A stretch of 64,000 nucleotides of DNA from Sumerlaeia bacterium. GTDB taxonomy: Bacteria > Sumerlaeota > Sumerlaeia > SLMS01 > JAHLLQ01. The notes below the pieces were generated by a model. That model was not told the origin of the DNA and searched no databases. It saw nothing but the letters and a program-made list of their open reading frames with translations. The first letter of the stretch is position 1, and every line of letters starts with the position of its first letter. Positions 49,555 through 58,920 of the stretch are shown piece after piece. The translations under genes and the position numbers were made by a program. The stretch covers positions 32,001-96,000 of the forward strand of contig JAVJSW010000065.1 of assembly GCA_040219255.1 (NCBI GenBank). Reading direction: 5' to 3'.

Positions 49555-51590
49555 GTCTTCGCGCCCACTTGCTGGCGATGCTGGGGCTGGCTGTGCTCTG
49601 GTCCGCAAACCTGGGCTGGGCTGGGTGGTCGCCGGGGCTGTTCAATATCGACGAGCTGCACTATGTCCTGGCGGCTCAACGCTTCGCCGAAAACCAGAAC
49701 TTCGAGGTCGCTAACGGGTTCGCCTCCTTTCGCGACAGCCTGCTCCTCTTCATGCACCCGCTGAGACTGAGGGCCTTGCCGGAACAGGACGTCATGACCA
49801 CTTTCATCCCGCCCCTGTGGACGTTTCCCGCGGCGGTGGCGTGGAGCGTCGCCGGGGCGGCGGGGATCAAGGTTTTCAACCTGCTCTGCTACGTCGTTGC
49901 GCTCATGGGCATCGGGTGGCTCGGCGGCCGGCTGGCGAGCGACCACGACGGCTCCTCCCCCGCGGACGCCTCGTGGTCCCCGCGGGCGGGCTGGATCGCG
50001 CTGGCCTTCGCCGCCGGAGGCACCTACTTCGCCGAGTACGCCGTGTCCGCCAATAGCCATATGCTGACCCTGGCTTTGGTACTGGGGGCGCTGGCGGCGC
50101 ATCCCTTGATGCTCAGCCGAAACCCCTCCGCCGCAGCGCCCGCCCTCCTCCTGGGCGGAGCCTTCCTCTGCGGTCTGCTGATCGGGTGCGCCGTGGGCGT
50201 GCGGCTGCAGAGCATCGTCCCAGCGGCGGCCCTCGGAGCCGGCATGCTGCTTCTCCCCCGCCGGGCCGTTTCCGCGGCGCTTGCGTATCTGGGCGGCCTG
50301 GCGGGTCCGATGGCCTTGACCAGCGCCATAAACGCCCATCGCTTCGGCATCGCAAATCCGTTCACCTATGGCATACCGGTTCAGCGCCGGCTCCAGATGT
50401 TCCTCGACCCCATCGAGCGCCACCCCGCCCTCGCCTTCCTCGTCATCGCGCTCGCCATCGCCGGGGCCCTCGCCGCTTATCGCTGGGCCGCCGGGTGTTG
50501 GATGACAGTCGAGCCCACGCGGCGCCAGCGCCTGACCCTCGGCGCGCTGTGGGCGGCGCTTGGTTTGTTGCTGGCGCTGGCTTTCCTGACGCCGCTGCGA
50601 GGGAATTTCGCCGAGCGCGTCACCGGCCTACTCCTCTTTGGAAACCCCAACGACTATTGGCGCGGACTCGACCCGATTGCCATGGTCTGGACAGGCTTTC
50701 GCTCGGCCCTCTTGCCCACGGCGCCCGTGCTGGTGCTCGGTCTGCTGGCACCGCTGCTCCTGCCCGCCGAAGCCGCCGCCGATCCGCGCCGCCTGCTGCT
50801 GATCGGCCTCGCGTGGTCCAGTGCCCTTTTCGTCTGTCTGCTCAAGAACAACGGCGGGTTCTTTATGAACCAGCGCTACCTGATCGAGGCCGCCGTGTTC
50901 GCGCTGCTGCTCTCGGTGGATCTCATCGCCCGCTGGAGCCCCCGACTCCCGCGCGGCTCCCTTCTGGCGGGGGCCGGTCTTGCGGTGGCGCTCGTGGGCG
51001 GGGTGATCTCGCTCGGCACCCCGGGCCTTGTGGTGGCCTTGCCCCTGGAACAGGGCGTCTCGTTCTGGGCCTTGCCCGACTTCTGGTTCAGCCGCGTCGT
51101 GCCGATTCTGCTGGCTCTCGGGCTGCTCGTTTCGGGGCTCGCCCTGCGGTGGAGCCGTGGCGCCCCGCCCGCCCCCGCGCGCTGGGTCTTCGGCCTTTGC
51201 CTCGTGCCGTGCGCGCTCCTGCCGTTTGTGCTGCATGCCTGGTACCATTGGGTTTTCACCCACGAATATCGCGAGACCAACTGGGCCGGCACCCAAGCCA
51301 TGGCCCCCCACATCCCCGACGGCAGCCTGATCCTCGTTTCGGGCCGCGAGCGCGAAATCGCCGGCTACCTCAAACTCGACCGCGACGTCTGGATCGCCGA
51401 CACCCAACGGGCCCCCGCCGCCGACACCCAGCGCGTCTTCCGGGACATCCTCGCCTCGGGCCAACGCCCCCACATCTACGCCACCCTCACCGCCCTCGGG
51501 GCCTTCGAAGGCCAGCCCTACGAATGGCGCCTGGTGGTGGATGGGCCGGTCCGGGTCGCGGAGTTGGTGGGGGCTGGGGTCGAAGACTGA
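49551..51590 (+). CDS. Polytopic membrane protein, probable GT-C-fold glycosyltransferase
   Basis: 'IDELHY' acidic motif after TM1, many TM helices and a late 'NQRYL' motif. ATGA overlap with the upstream GT2. Confidence 0.7.
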   Translation: MSLRAHLLAMLGLAVLWSANLGWAGWSPGLFNIDELHYVLAAQRFAENQNFEVANGFASFRDSLLLFMHPLRLRALPEQDVMTTFIPPLWTFPAAVAWSVAGAAGIKVFNLLCYVVALMGIGWLGGRLASDHDGSSPADASWSPRAGWIALAFAAGGTYFAEYAVSANSHMLTLALVLGALAAHPLMLSRNPSAAAPALLLGGAFLCGLLIGCAVGVRLQSIVPAAALGAGMLLLPRRAVSAALAYLGGLAGPMALTSAINAHRFGIANPFTYGIPVQRRLQMFLDPIERHPALAFLVIALAIAGALAAYRWAAGCWMTVEPTRRQRLTLGALWAALGLLLALAFLTPLRGNFAERVTGLLLFGNPNDYWRGLDPIAMVWTGFRSALLPTAPVLVLGLLAPLLLPAEAAADPRRLLLIGLAWSSALFVCLLKNNGGFFMNQRYLIEAAVFALLLSVDLIARWSPRLPRGSLLAGAGLAVALVGGVISLGTPGLVVALPLEQGVSFWALPDFWFSRVVPILLALGLLVSGLALRWSRGAPPAPARWVFGLCLVPCALLPFVLHAWYHWVFTHEYRETNWAGTQAMAPHIPDGSLILVSGREREIAGYLKLDRDVWIADTQRAPAADTQRVFRDILASGQRPHIYATLTALGAFEGQPYEWRLVVDGPVRVAELVGAGVED

Positions 51591-51654
51591 GTTTGACTTC
51601 CGGCTTCTCTTGCTGAAGATATGCGATCATAATTTTCGACTCGCTGATCGACCC

Positions 51655-51945
51655 ATGCCCCTCACCCTCACCGACCCCGAAGCCAACCGCCTCGCTCAAG
51701 AACTCGCCGAACTGACCGGTCTCTCCCCCGCCGAGGCCGTGACCGAAGCCATGCGCCGCGCGGTCGAGGAGCAGAAGCGCTTGAAGAAACGCGAGGGGAT
51801 GGCGAAGGAACTACTCGCGATCGGAGAAGAGTGCGCTCGTTACTTGGACAGGGGACTGACTTCGGTGAATATGAGCGATGAGTTGTTTGATGAGGAGGGG
51901 TTGCCTCATAAGTCCCTAGTTCACAAACTCAACAAGACCCTTTAA
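51655..51945 (+). CDS. vapB: VapB-type antitoxin (Rv0623-like), orphan
   Basis: 'MPLTLTDPEANRLAQELAELTGLSPAEAVTEAMR..ELLAIG..DELFDEEGLP' follows the Rv0623/PSK-type antitoxin pattern. Confidence 0.82.
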   Translation: MPLTLTDPEANRLAQELAELTGLSPAEAVTEAMRRAVEEQKRLKKREGMAKELLAIGEECARYLDRGLTSVNMSDELFDEEGLPHKSLVHKLNKTL

Positions 51946-51956
51946 CGGAGCAATTG

Positions 51957-53789
51957 ATGAAAGATCAAGCCTTGTCAGCCAACGAGAAGACCCAGCCACC
52001 AAGCACTGAAGCGGAGAAGGATGAGAACTATTTTCACAGCATAATACGACGTATTAGTAATTTGATTCTTCTTGAAAATACTGGAATGTTCAGTATATCC
52101 GGCTCTTGGGGAATAGGCAAAACACATTTTCTAAGGGAACGGCTCATCGAAGAAGTCTCCAAGCGTGCGCCGAATCGTGCCGTATTTTATACAGATGTAC
52201 ATGGCGTGCGATCTGTGACGGAACTTCAACAGAAGATTCTTTTAGGAAAGACTCATTCACCGCAAGAAAGTATGGTCCCAGCTTTTGAAAAGGGACTCAA
52301 GAAGCTTATCGGAATTGCAACCCATGAAGACATCCAATTAGCTCTGAAAGACATCAACTACCTCAGCCTGCTGCCTAGTGCTTCGTTTTACTTGGCACAG
52401 CGAAAGCTCATAGGCAAGGCGATTGTAATTATTGACGAAGTTGAGCGAAAAAACTCAGCCCTCAGTTTAGAGGTCATTGTCAACTTCCTGGAAGCCCTCT
52501 GCGCGGAAAATGGCTGCTTTATTGTTCTTACGCTGAACCACGATAAATTGCAAGAGCCGGACGAGAAGTTTTACAAGAAGGCATATGAAAAGTATTTTTT
52601 AGACGGCATGCTCTTCGATCCCTCGGTTGCTGATTTGTTCGCGGATTACAAAAAGGAGGCAAGATGGGAGGGGAAGGAGGCAGAAATCGCGCAGAGAGCA
52701 TTTAGCATATTCAACTGTAAAAATATTCGGATTCTTCAAAGATATCGAAGAGTTTGCAACCACCTGAGAAACAGCTTGCCCACGACTGACACAGATAGCT
52801 CGAATGATGTATTGTTTCATGCAGCAGTGGGCACTCTAGTTCGACATCACCTTACAGTAACCAATACGGCGGAGTATTCGAGTTTCTATCAAAACAAATA
52901 CTTAATTAGAAGGTATTCTCAGAAGTCCAATAATGAGAGCTGCGACATCCCATTCAATGAAATTAAAGAATTACTTGTGTCTGTCCCATACATTGAGATG
53001 TCGTATGACAACTGGTTGAACTCATACCTCGACGGACAGAATGTATTGCTGAGCGATTTCGAAAAGACCCTTGACTTTTTTGCCGAAGATATACTGCGTT
53101 CTAATGTAAACGCAGAGCTCACTAAAGCCCTAGAGAGATATAATTTCAATTTTCTGACGACCAGGATCGAGGTCCAGGATTTATTGCTCCGCGCATTAGA
53201 GGAACGCTTTGATCTCCTGTCCCTAGATACTTTGTTGAACGCACTTGAGTTTCTTGAGAAGGAGTGTAATAGTCAGGCCAAGCCGGAGCTCATCAGGGAA
53301 AAGGTTCGACAAATGAAATTGAGCGTTATCGAGCTCCGCATGCTTAAATCACAATTTAGCTTTCCACGTCGCTTTTGTAACGATGAATTGCATCTAATCA
53401 TAGACGAAATGCTAAAGACCGGACTCCGCGACTTGTACCCTAACCCCTGGACTGTAATTGTTGAATGCGCTGAGGGAAGTATCAGCATAGAAGACAGCTT
53501 ATTTATTCTAAGTGAACATGGGATAGATCGCATAGCCGACGCCTTTAAAAACTCTGACAAAAATACTAAGTTAAATATTTATCTTAGTAGCATTGCCGAA
53601 TCCATAGGCATTTCGAATAATGAGCAAGTTAATGTTGATTTGAGAAGTCTTCTGTATGAAGCACTGCTTTTGGTAAAGTCTAAGCACCATTCGTTGGACG
53701 AACGCTTCGAACATATATTACACTTGTTCACCCCACCTCCCCCTCCATCCGATCCAGCTCCTCCAACGCCGCCTCCGGATCCACAATAA
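51957..53789 (+). CDS. KAP-family P-loop NTPase (AT-rich, likely horizontally acquired)
   Basis: Walker A 'ISGSWGIGKTHF', Walker B 'IVIIDEVER', 'YEKYF' and 'NIRILQR'. GGAG RBS at ~51946. The 3' end overlaps the ftsK 3' end. Confidence 0.8.
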   Translation: MKDQALSANEKTQPPSTEAEKDENYFHSIIRRISNLILLENTGMFSISGSWGIGKTHFLRERLIEEVSKRAPNRAVFYTDVHGVRSVTELQQKILLGKTHSPQESMVPAFEKGLKKLIGIATHEDIQLALKDINYLSLLPSASFYLAQRKLIGKAIVIIDEVERKNSALSLEVIVNFLEALCAENGCFIVLTLNHDKLQEPDEKFYKKAYEKYFLDGMLFDPSVADLFADYKKEARWEGKEAEIAQRAFSIFNCKNIRILQRYRRVCNHLRNSLPTTDTDSSNDVLFHAAVGTLVRHHLTVTNTAEYSSFYQNKYLIRRYSQKSNNESCDIPFNEIKELLVSVPYIEMSYDNWLNSYLDGQNVLLSDFEKTLDFFAEDILRSNVNAELTKALERYNFNFLTTRIEVQDLLLRALEERFDLLSLDTLLNALEFLEKECNSQAKPELIREKVRQMKLSVIELRMLKSQFSFPRRFCNDELHLIIDEMLKTGLRDLYPNPWTVIVECAEGSISIEDSLFILSEHGIDRIADAFKNSDKNTKLNIYLSSIAESIGISNNEQVNVDLRSLLYEALLLVKSKHHSLDERFEHILHLFTPPPPPSDPAPPTPPPDPQ

Positions 53790-56700
53790 GGTCCCTCGGC
53801 TTGCTCCCCTGGAACGGCCCGACGACGCCCATTTCTTCCAGCATATCCATCAACCGCCCGGCCCGCGCGAAGCCGACTTTGAGGCGGCGTTGGATCAGCG
53901 AGACGCTCGCTTTGCGGTTTTCCAGGATCAGGCGCGCCGCCGCCCGCACCAGGGCTTCGTCGATTTCGTCGTCGCCGGCCCGGGCGCTGCCGCCTTCGTG
54001 GGGGGTGAACATGCCTTCCACCACTTTGCCCATCGTGTGATTCGTGCCGCGCACCACGCGGTCCTGCGCTTCCAGGTCCTCCATGCTGCTGACCTCGGTG
54101 CCCATCATTTTCGCCAGCTCCTTCATTTCCTTTTCGGACAGCTTGGGCTCGAATTCATCGATGTCGTAGGCCGCGCCCATTTGCGCCCGGCAGTGGTCCG
54201 CGATGCGTTCCACTTCGTCGTCGCTGAGGAACGCGCCCTGGACGCGGATCGGTTTGCCGGCGCCGCCTGGGGCGAAGAGCATGTCGCCCCGGCCCAGCAG
54301 ATTCTCCGCGCCGTTTCCGTCGAGAATCGTCCGGCTGTCCACCTTCTGGCTCACCTGGAACGCGATGCGGCTCGGGAAGTTGGCTTTGATGATGCCCGTG
54401 ATGACGTTGACCGACGGGCGTTGCGTCGCCAGGATCAGGTGAATGCCGACGGCGCGGGCCATCTGGGCGAGGCGTTGGATGCTTTCCTCGACCTCGGCCT
54501 TCGCCACCAGCATCAGGTCCGCCAGCTCGTCCACGATCACGACCATGTAGGGCATGGGCTCGACGAGGCCTTTGCCGCGCAGTTTGTGCGCGTGCTTGTC
54601 TGGATTCTCGGCGATTTCGTTGAAGCCCGCGATGTTTCGCACGCCGTAATCGACCAGCTTTTGATAACGCTGTTCCATTTGCTCGACGGCCCAATCCAGC
54701 GCCGAGGCGGCGGACTTCGGCTCGCACACCACCGGCGCGATCAGATGCGGGATGTCCTGATAGACGGACAGTTCGACGCGCTTCGGATCGACCATGATAA
54801 GCCGAACCTTGTCCGGCGAAAACCGATACAGCAGCGAGCAGATGATCGTGTTCAGGCAGACCGACTTGCCCGCGCCGGTGGCGCCCGCGATCAGCAGGTG
54901 GGGAGCCTTGGCCAAATCCGCCACGTAGGGCTGGCCGTCGATGGTCTTGCCCAGTGCGATCGGCAGGAAGCCGTCGGCGTCGGTAAAGCTCTCGTGATTC
55001 AGCAGTTCCTTCAGATAAACGCCCTGGCGCTTTTTATTGGGCAGTTCGATGCCGACGGCCGCCTTGCCCGGAATGGGGGCCAGGATGCGCACGCTCAGGG
55101 CCCGCATATTCATGGCGATGTCTTGTTCCAGGCCGCTGATCTTGCTGACTTTGATGCCGGGTGCCGGTTTGAATTCGAAGCGCGTGACGACGGGGCCTTG
55201 CTTGACCTCGACGACGCGGCCCTGAACGCCGAAGTTCTCCAGTGTTTCCGTCAGACACTGGCTCATCTCGATGATTTCTTCGCGCGTCATGCGCGCGTCC
55301 ACCACCGGCGGATCGGCCAGCAGCGTCACATCCGGTAGGATATACCCGGCGGAACGCTCGATCAACGAAGGCTCGAACTCGGGATGAACGGCGCCTTCCG
55401 GCCCGTGGGGGCGGGTGTCGGCTTCCGGATGGAAGAGGGGGTCGCTCTCCTCGGCGTCATCGGCCAGGTCCTCGGGATCGACGCCCGTGCCAATGCGGCG
55501 GAACGCGCGGGCTTCGCTGGCGTTTAGGAAATCCTCATGGGTCTCGGCAGCCGCGTCCCAGGGCGGTGTGTCTTCGGCGGCTTCCGCGTCGGGTGCGGCG
55601 CCCGGCGCTTCACCTTCATCGGCCTCTTTGCCGACGCGTTGGCCGTCGTCCTTCCAGCGGGTCGGAAACAGACGCGCCAGCCCAGCGCCGAGCTTGGCTT
55701 TCGGGGCGGCCGTTGCGGCGGGCTGCAGCGGACCGGAGCAATCCGTGAACTTGATTTCGAGGTCGTCGTCCGGGGCGTCGGCCTCCGCGGTTTCCTCTTC
55801 CGCGTCTTCCTCGTCCTCTTCGTCCAGACCGATAATCACCGGCTCGTCGAATTCCGGATCATCGTCCTCCACATTCGTATCGACGTCTGCGGTGTCCTCC
55901 TCCTCGTCCAGCTTCGGCACGTAAGTGCTGGAAGTGCCGAGAAGCATGGCGAGGCGTTCTTCCTCCTCCTGCTCCTCGAGGGCGCGGGCGGCGGCGAGGA
56001 CGTCCTGGTCCAGGTCGTCCCAGGAATCGTCCTCGGCGGCGCCGGCGATTTCTTCGGGCAGGAGGGTGCTCCGCGATTCGTCCGGGCCGGGTTTGCTTCC
56101 AAAAATTTTCGCAAGAAGTCCGCGTCTGGGGGTGTCCTCGTCCTCTTCGCCGGAGTCGTTGTCGCGCGGCTCTTCTCCCCTGCTGCATGCCTTCGGCTCG
56201 GGCTCCAAAGCTACCGAGTCGGACGACTCCTCCCACTCCGCTTCCTCAGTCTCGGGCCCTGCGAGTTTGCGCGCCAGATTGCCAAACCCGACCTGCGTGG
56301 TGAAAATTAGCCCCAGCAGCACCATCCCGGACAGGATCATTCCGGCGCCGATTTCTCCAAATTGCCCCACGAGCCGCAGTCCCTCCCACTCGACCAGAAA
56401 GCAGCCGAGGGCACCGGCGCGCTCGAAGGTCAGCGTCCGCATTTCCGGCTGATCCGCCCCCGGCAGGGCGATCAGCCCGGCGCAACCCATCACGAAAAAA
56501 ACGAACGCCACGAGCCGGATTTCGCACCACCGCAGCCGCATCCCGACAATCAACGCCACGCCGAACAGAAGCATGACAGACGGCAGCAGGAAGGCCATAT
56601 AGTTGCCCAACAGGAATCGCAAGCCCTGACTGACGGCCTGGCCTATGGAGCCGATCCAGACCAATCCATCGTAGGAATACCAGAAGGCCTGGCTGATGAT

Positions 56701-56835
56701 CAGGCTGGCCAGAAGAAAGAGCGCGGCGATGCTGATCATCAGGCCCAGGGCCTCGCGCGTCAAATCGCCGTAGCGGGTGGCGGAACCGCCCCGGGGCAGA
56801 AAGGAAGGCGTTTCGGAGGAAGCTTTGGAGGTCAT
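53728..56835 (-). CDS. ftsK: DNA translocase FtsK/SpoIIIE
   Basis: N-terminal TM domain, acidic linker, 'PHLLIAGATGAGKSV', 'VDELADLM', 'ATQRPS', 'LLGRGDML' and gamma domain 'SLIQRRLKVGFARAGRLMD'. ORF extends to 56889; ATG 56835 preferred. Confidence 0.96.
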   Translation of the reverse strand: MTSKASSETPSFLPRGGSATRYGDLTREALGLMISIAALFLLASLIISQAFWYSYDGLVWIGSIGQAVSQGLRFLLGNYMAFLLPSVMLLFGVALIVGMRLRWCEIRLVAFVFFVMGCAGLIALPGADQPEMRTLTFERAGALGCFLVEWEGLRLVGQFGEIGAGMILSGMVLLGLIFTTQVGFGNLARKLAGPETEEAEWEESSDSVALEPEPKACSRGEEPRDNDSGEEDEDTPRRGLLAKIFGSKPGPDESRSTLLPEEIAGAAEDDSWDDLDQDVLAAARALEEQEEEERLAMLLGTSSTYVPKLDEEEDTADVDTNVEDDDPEFDEPVIIGLDEEDEEDAEEETAEADAPDDDLEIKFTDCSGPLQPAATAAPKAKLGAGLARLFPTRWKDDGQRVGKEADEGEAPGAAPDAEAAEDTPPWDAAAETHEDFLNASEARAFRRIGTGVDPEDLADDAEESDPLFHPEADTRPHGPEGAVHPEFEPSLIERSAGYILPDVTLLADPPVVDARMTREEIIEMSQCLTETLENFGVQGRVVEVKQGPVVTRFEFKPAPGIKVSKISGLEQDIAMNMRALSVRILAPIPGKAAVGIELPNKKRQGVYLKELLNHESFTDADGFLPIALGKTIDGQPYVADLAKAPHLLIAGATGAGKSVCLNTIICSLLYRFSPDKVRLIMVDPKRVELSVYQDIPHLIAPVVCEPKSAASALDWAVEQMEQRYQKLVDYGVRNIAGFNEIAENPDKHAHKLRGKGLVEPMPYMVVIVDELADLMLVAKAEVEESIQRLAQMARAVGIHLILATQRPSVNVITGIIKANFPSRIAFQVSQKVDSRTILDGNGAENLLGRGDMLFAPGGAGKPIRVQGAFLSDDEVERIADHCRAQMGAAYDIDEFEPKLSEKEMKELAKMMGTEVSSMEDLEAQDRVVRGTNHTMGKVVEGMFTPHEGGSARAGDDEIDEALVRAAARLILENRKASVSLIQRRLKVGFARAGRLMDMLEEMGVVGPFQGSKPRDLIVDPEAALEELDRMEGEVG

Positions 56836-57185
56836 GCGAACCCGTTCCGGAAGGATATTCAGCCAGGGTGGTGGCGCGGAAGGAAGCACCGCATCAAGAA
56901 TTTTCGGCCACGGAACCGGGGGAAAAACGCTTCTCCAACGATCTTGTCATAGGGGCCGACAATGGCCTTGTGTCATGATGGCTGGCGGCGGAACGTCGCG
57001 CGGGAACGGCAGATGGCTGACAAAACCCTTGCGGCGCTTGGGTCTGCTCAGGTCATAGGGAGCAGCTTTGCGGTCGTCGGCAAGAAACCTGCTTCCCCGT
57101 AAAAACGAATTTGCCGATTTCGCTGTTTTACCCCGCACCAGAACAGCTTGCTCGTAAAAACCAAGGACGTGATTGAGGGTCTACC

Positions 57186-58520
57186 ATGCCGAATTCGAAC
57201 GAACAGATCTTAGCCAACGGTCATTCCCCGTCGTGCTCTCCCGCAGAGCGGAACGGGCATGCCGGCGGCTCCGGTTCGAACGGCAACGGCCACGCTCCGG
57301 CCACCTTGGCGGAACCGGCGGCCGCCACCGCACCGATTTTCCAAAAAGCCGTTCGCTTCACCAAGGCCGACGAAATGCGCGAGGCGGGCCTCTACCCCTA
57401 CTTTCGCCGCATCGACAGCGCCCAGGACACCGTCGTCACCATCGATGGCAAGCCGATGCTCATGCTCGGCTCGAACTCCTACATGGGACTTACCAACGAC
57501 CCCCGCATCAAGGAAGCGTCCAAAGCCGCCCTGGAAAAATACGGCAGCGGTTGCGCCGGCTCGCGCTTCCTCAACGGCACCCTCGACATTCACTGCCAAC
57601 TCGAAGAAGAACTCGCCGATTTCGTCGGCAAGGACTCCGCCCTCGCCTTCACCACCGGCTTCCAGGCCAACCTGGGCGCCATCAGCGCCCTCGTCGGCAA
57701 GGACGACGTCGTCTTCATCGACCGCGCCGATCACGCCTCGATCATGGACGGCTGCCGCCTCGGCTTTGGTAAAATCCAGCGCTTCCCCCACAACGACATG
57801 GCGCGCCTCGAGCGCATGCTGGCCGCCTGCGACGCCGACGGCAAATTGATCGTCGTCGATGGCGTCTATTCCATGGAGGGCGACCTGGCCGATCTCCCCG
57901 CCCTGGTGGACCTTTGCCACCGCTACAAGGCAGGCCTGATCGTGGACGATGCCCACGGCATCGGCGTCATGGGCGACATGGGCCGGGGCACGGCGAACCA
58001 CTTCGGACTCGAAGCGCAAACCGATCTCGTCCTCGGCACCTTCTCAAAGTCCCTCGCCTCCATCGGCGGCTTCGTCGCCGGCAGCAAGGAAGTCATCAAC
58101 TACCTCAAGCATCACGCCCGCGCCCTGATTTTCTCCGCCAGCATGGCCCCCGCCTGCGTCGCCGCCGCCCGCAAGGCCCTGGAAATCATCAAGTCCGAGC
58201 CCGAGCGCCACGAAGCCATGTGGCGCAACACCCGCATCATGATGGATGGCCTGAACCACGCCGGATTCGACACCGGACACACACAGACCCCCATCATCCC
58301 CGTGGCCACGGGAGATATGATGACCTGCTTCCGGTTCTGGCGGGCGCTCCACGACGCCGGGATCTTCGTCAATCCGGTCGTGCCCCCGGCCACCGCCCCC
58401 AACCAGACACTCCTGCGCGTCAGCGTCATGGCCAGCCACACTCCCGAGCAACTCCATCAGGCCCTCGAAGTGATGGAACGCATCGGCCGCGAAGTCGGCC
58501 TCCTTCAGGCCGCCGCCTAA
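57186..58520 (+). CDS. PLP-dependent alpha-oxoamine synthase, most like bacterial serine palmitoyltransferase
   Basis: Motifs 'YPYFR', 'GSNSYMGL', '[13 protein letters not shown]', 'DHASI', 'DGVYSMEGD', 'DDAHG' and 'GTFSKS'. The family call is secure; Spt versus BioF/Kbl is inferred. Confidence 0.8.
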   Translation: MPNSNEQILANGHSPSCSPAERNGHAGGSGSNGNGHAPATLAEPAAATAPIFQKAVRFTKADEMREAGLYPYFRRIDSAQDTVVTIDGKPMLMLGSNSYMGLTNDPRIKEASKAALEKYGSGCAGSRFLNGTLDIHCQLEEELADFVGKDSALAFTTGFQANLGAISALVGKDDVVFIDRADHASIMDGCRLGFGKIQRFPHNDMARLERMLAACDADGKLIVVDGVYSMEGDLADLPALVDLCHRYKAGLIVDDAHGIGVMGDMGRGTANHFGLEAQTDLVLGTFSKSLASIGGFVAGSKEVINYLKHHARALIFSASMAPACVAAARKALEIIKSEPERHEAMWRNTRIMMDGLNHAGFDTGHTQTPIIPVATGDMMTCFRFWRALHDAGIFVNPVVPPATAPNQTLLRVSVMASHTPEQLHQALEVMERIGREVGLLQAAA

Positions 58521-58553
58521 GTCGATTTTCCCCTGATCGACCTCACTTGCGCC

Positions 58554-58581
58554 TTGACCTGACGGCACCCCGGTGTAGCCT
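58554..58581 (+). promoter_or_regulatory. Candidate sigma70-type promoter for tRNA-Ser
   Basis: TTGACC (58554-58559), 16-nt spacer, TAGCCT (58576-58581), ending 16 nt before the tRNA 5' end. Confidence 0.45.
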
Positions 58582-58597
58582 CTCATCCCTTCCGCGC

Positions 58598-58689
58598 GGT
58601 GAGGTGTCCGAGCGGTTTAAGGAGCTCGCCTCGAAAGCGAGTGTGCGCTTTATCGCGTACCGTGGGTTCGAATCCCACCCTCACCGCCA
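58598..58689 (+). tRNA. tRNA-Ser (anticodon CGA)
   Basis: Acceptor stem GGTGAGG/CCTCACC plus G-CCA; anticodon arm CTCGC-CTCGAAA-GCGAG; long variable arm; T-arm GTGGG-TTCGAAT-CCCAC. Confidence 0.96.
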
Positions 58690-58920
58690 CTGAATTTTTC
58701 TTCAACAAATCGCTGCGTTGCGCGATTCACCCCACCTTGGGCACGAATCCGGCTTCCCTAGGGCCATTCATGATTTGGCCCACCTGCCCGGAGTTCATCG
58801 CCTCTCTGCGCCTGCGCGCGACCCTATTCAGCCATCTGGCCGATAACTTGTCCGATCGCTCCTCCGGCTCCCACACTCTTTAGGCCGAGCCTTGAAGCAT
58901 TTGATCCCGGACCCTTTGTT

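Noticed and set aside
57186-58689. Serine-using enzyme next to tRNA-Ser, suggesting tRNA-dependent chemistry
   Set aside because: Alpha-oxoamine synthases use free amino acids, and the tRNA has its own candidate promoter. Probably coincidental.
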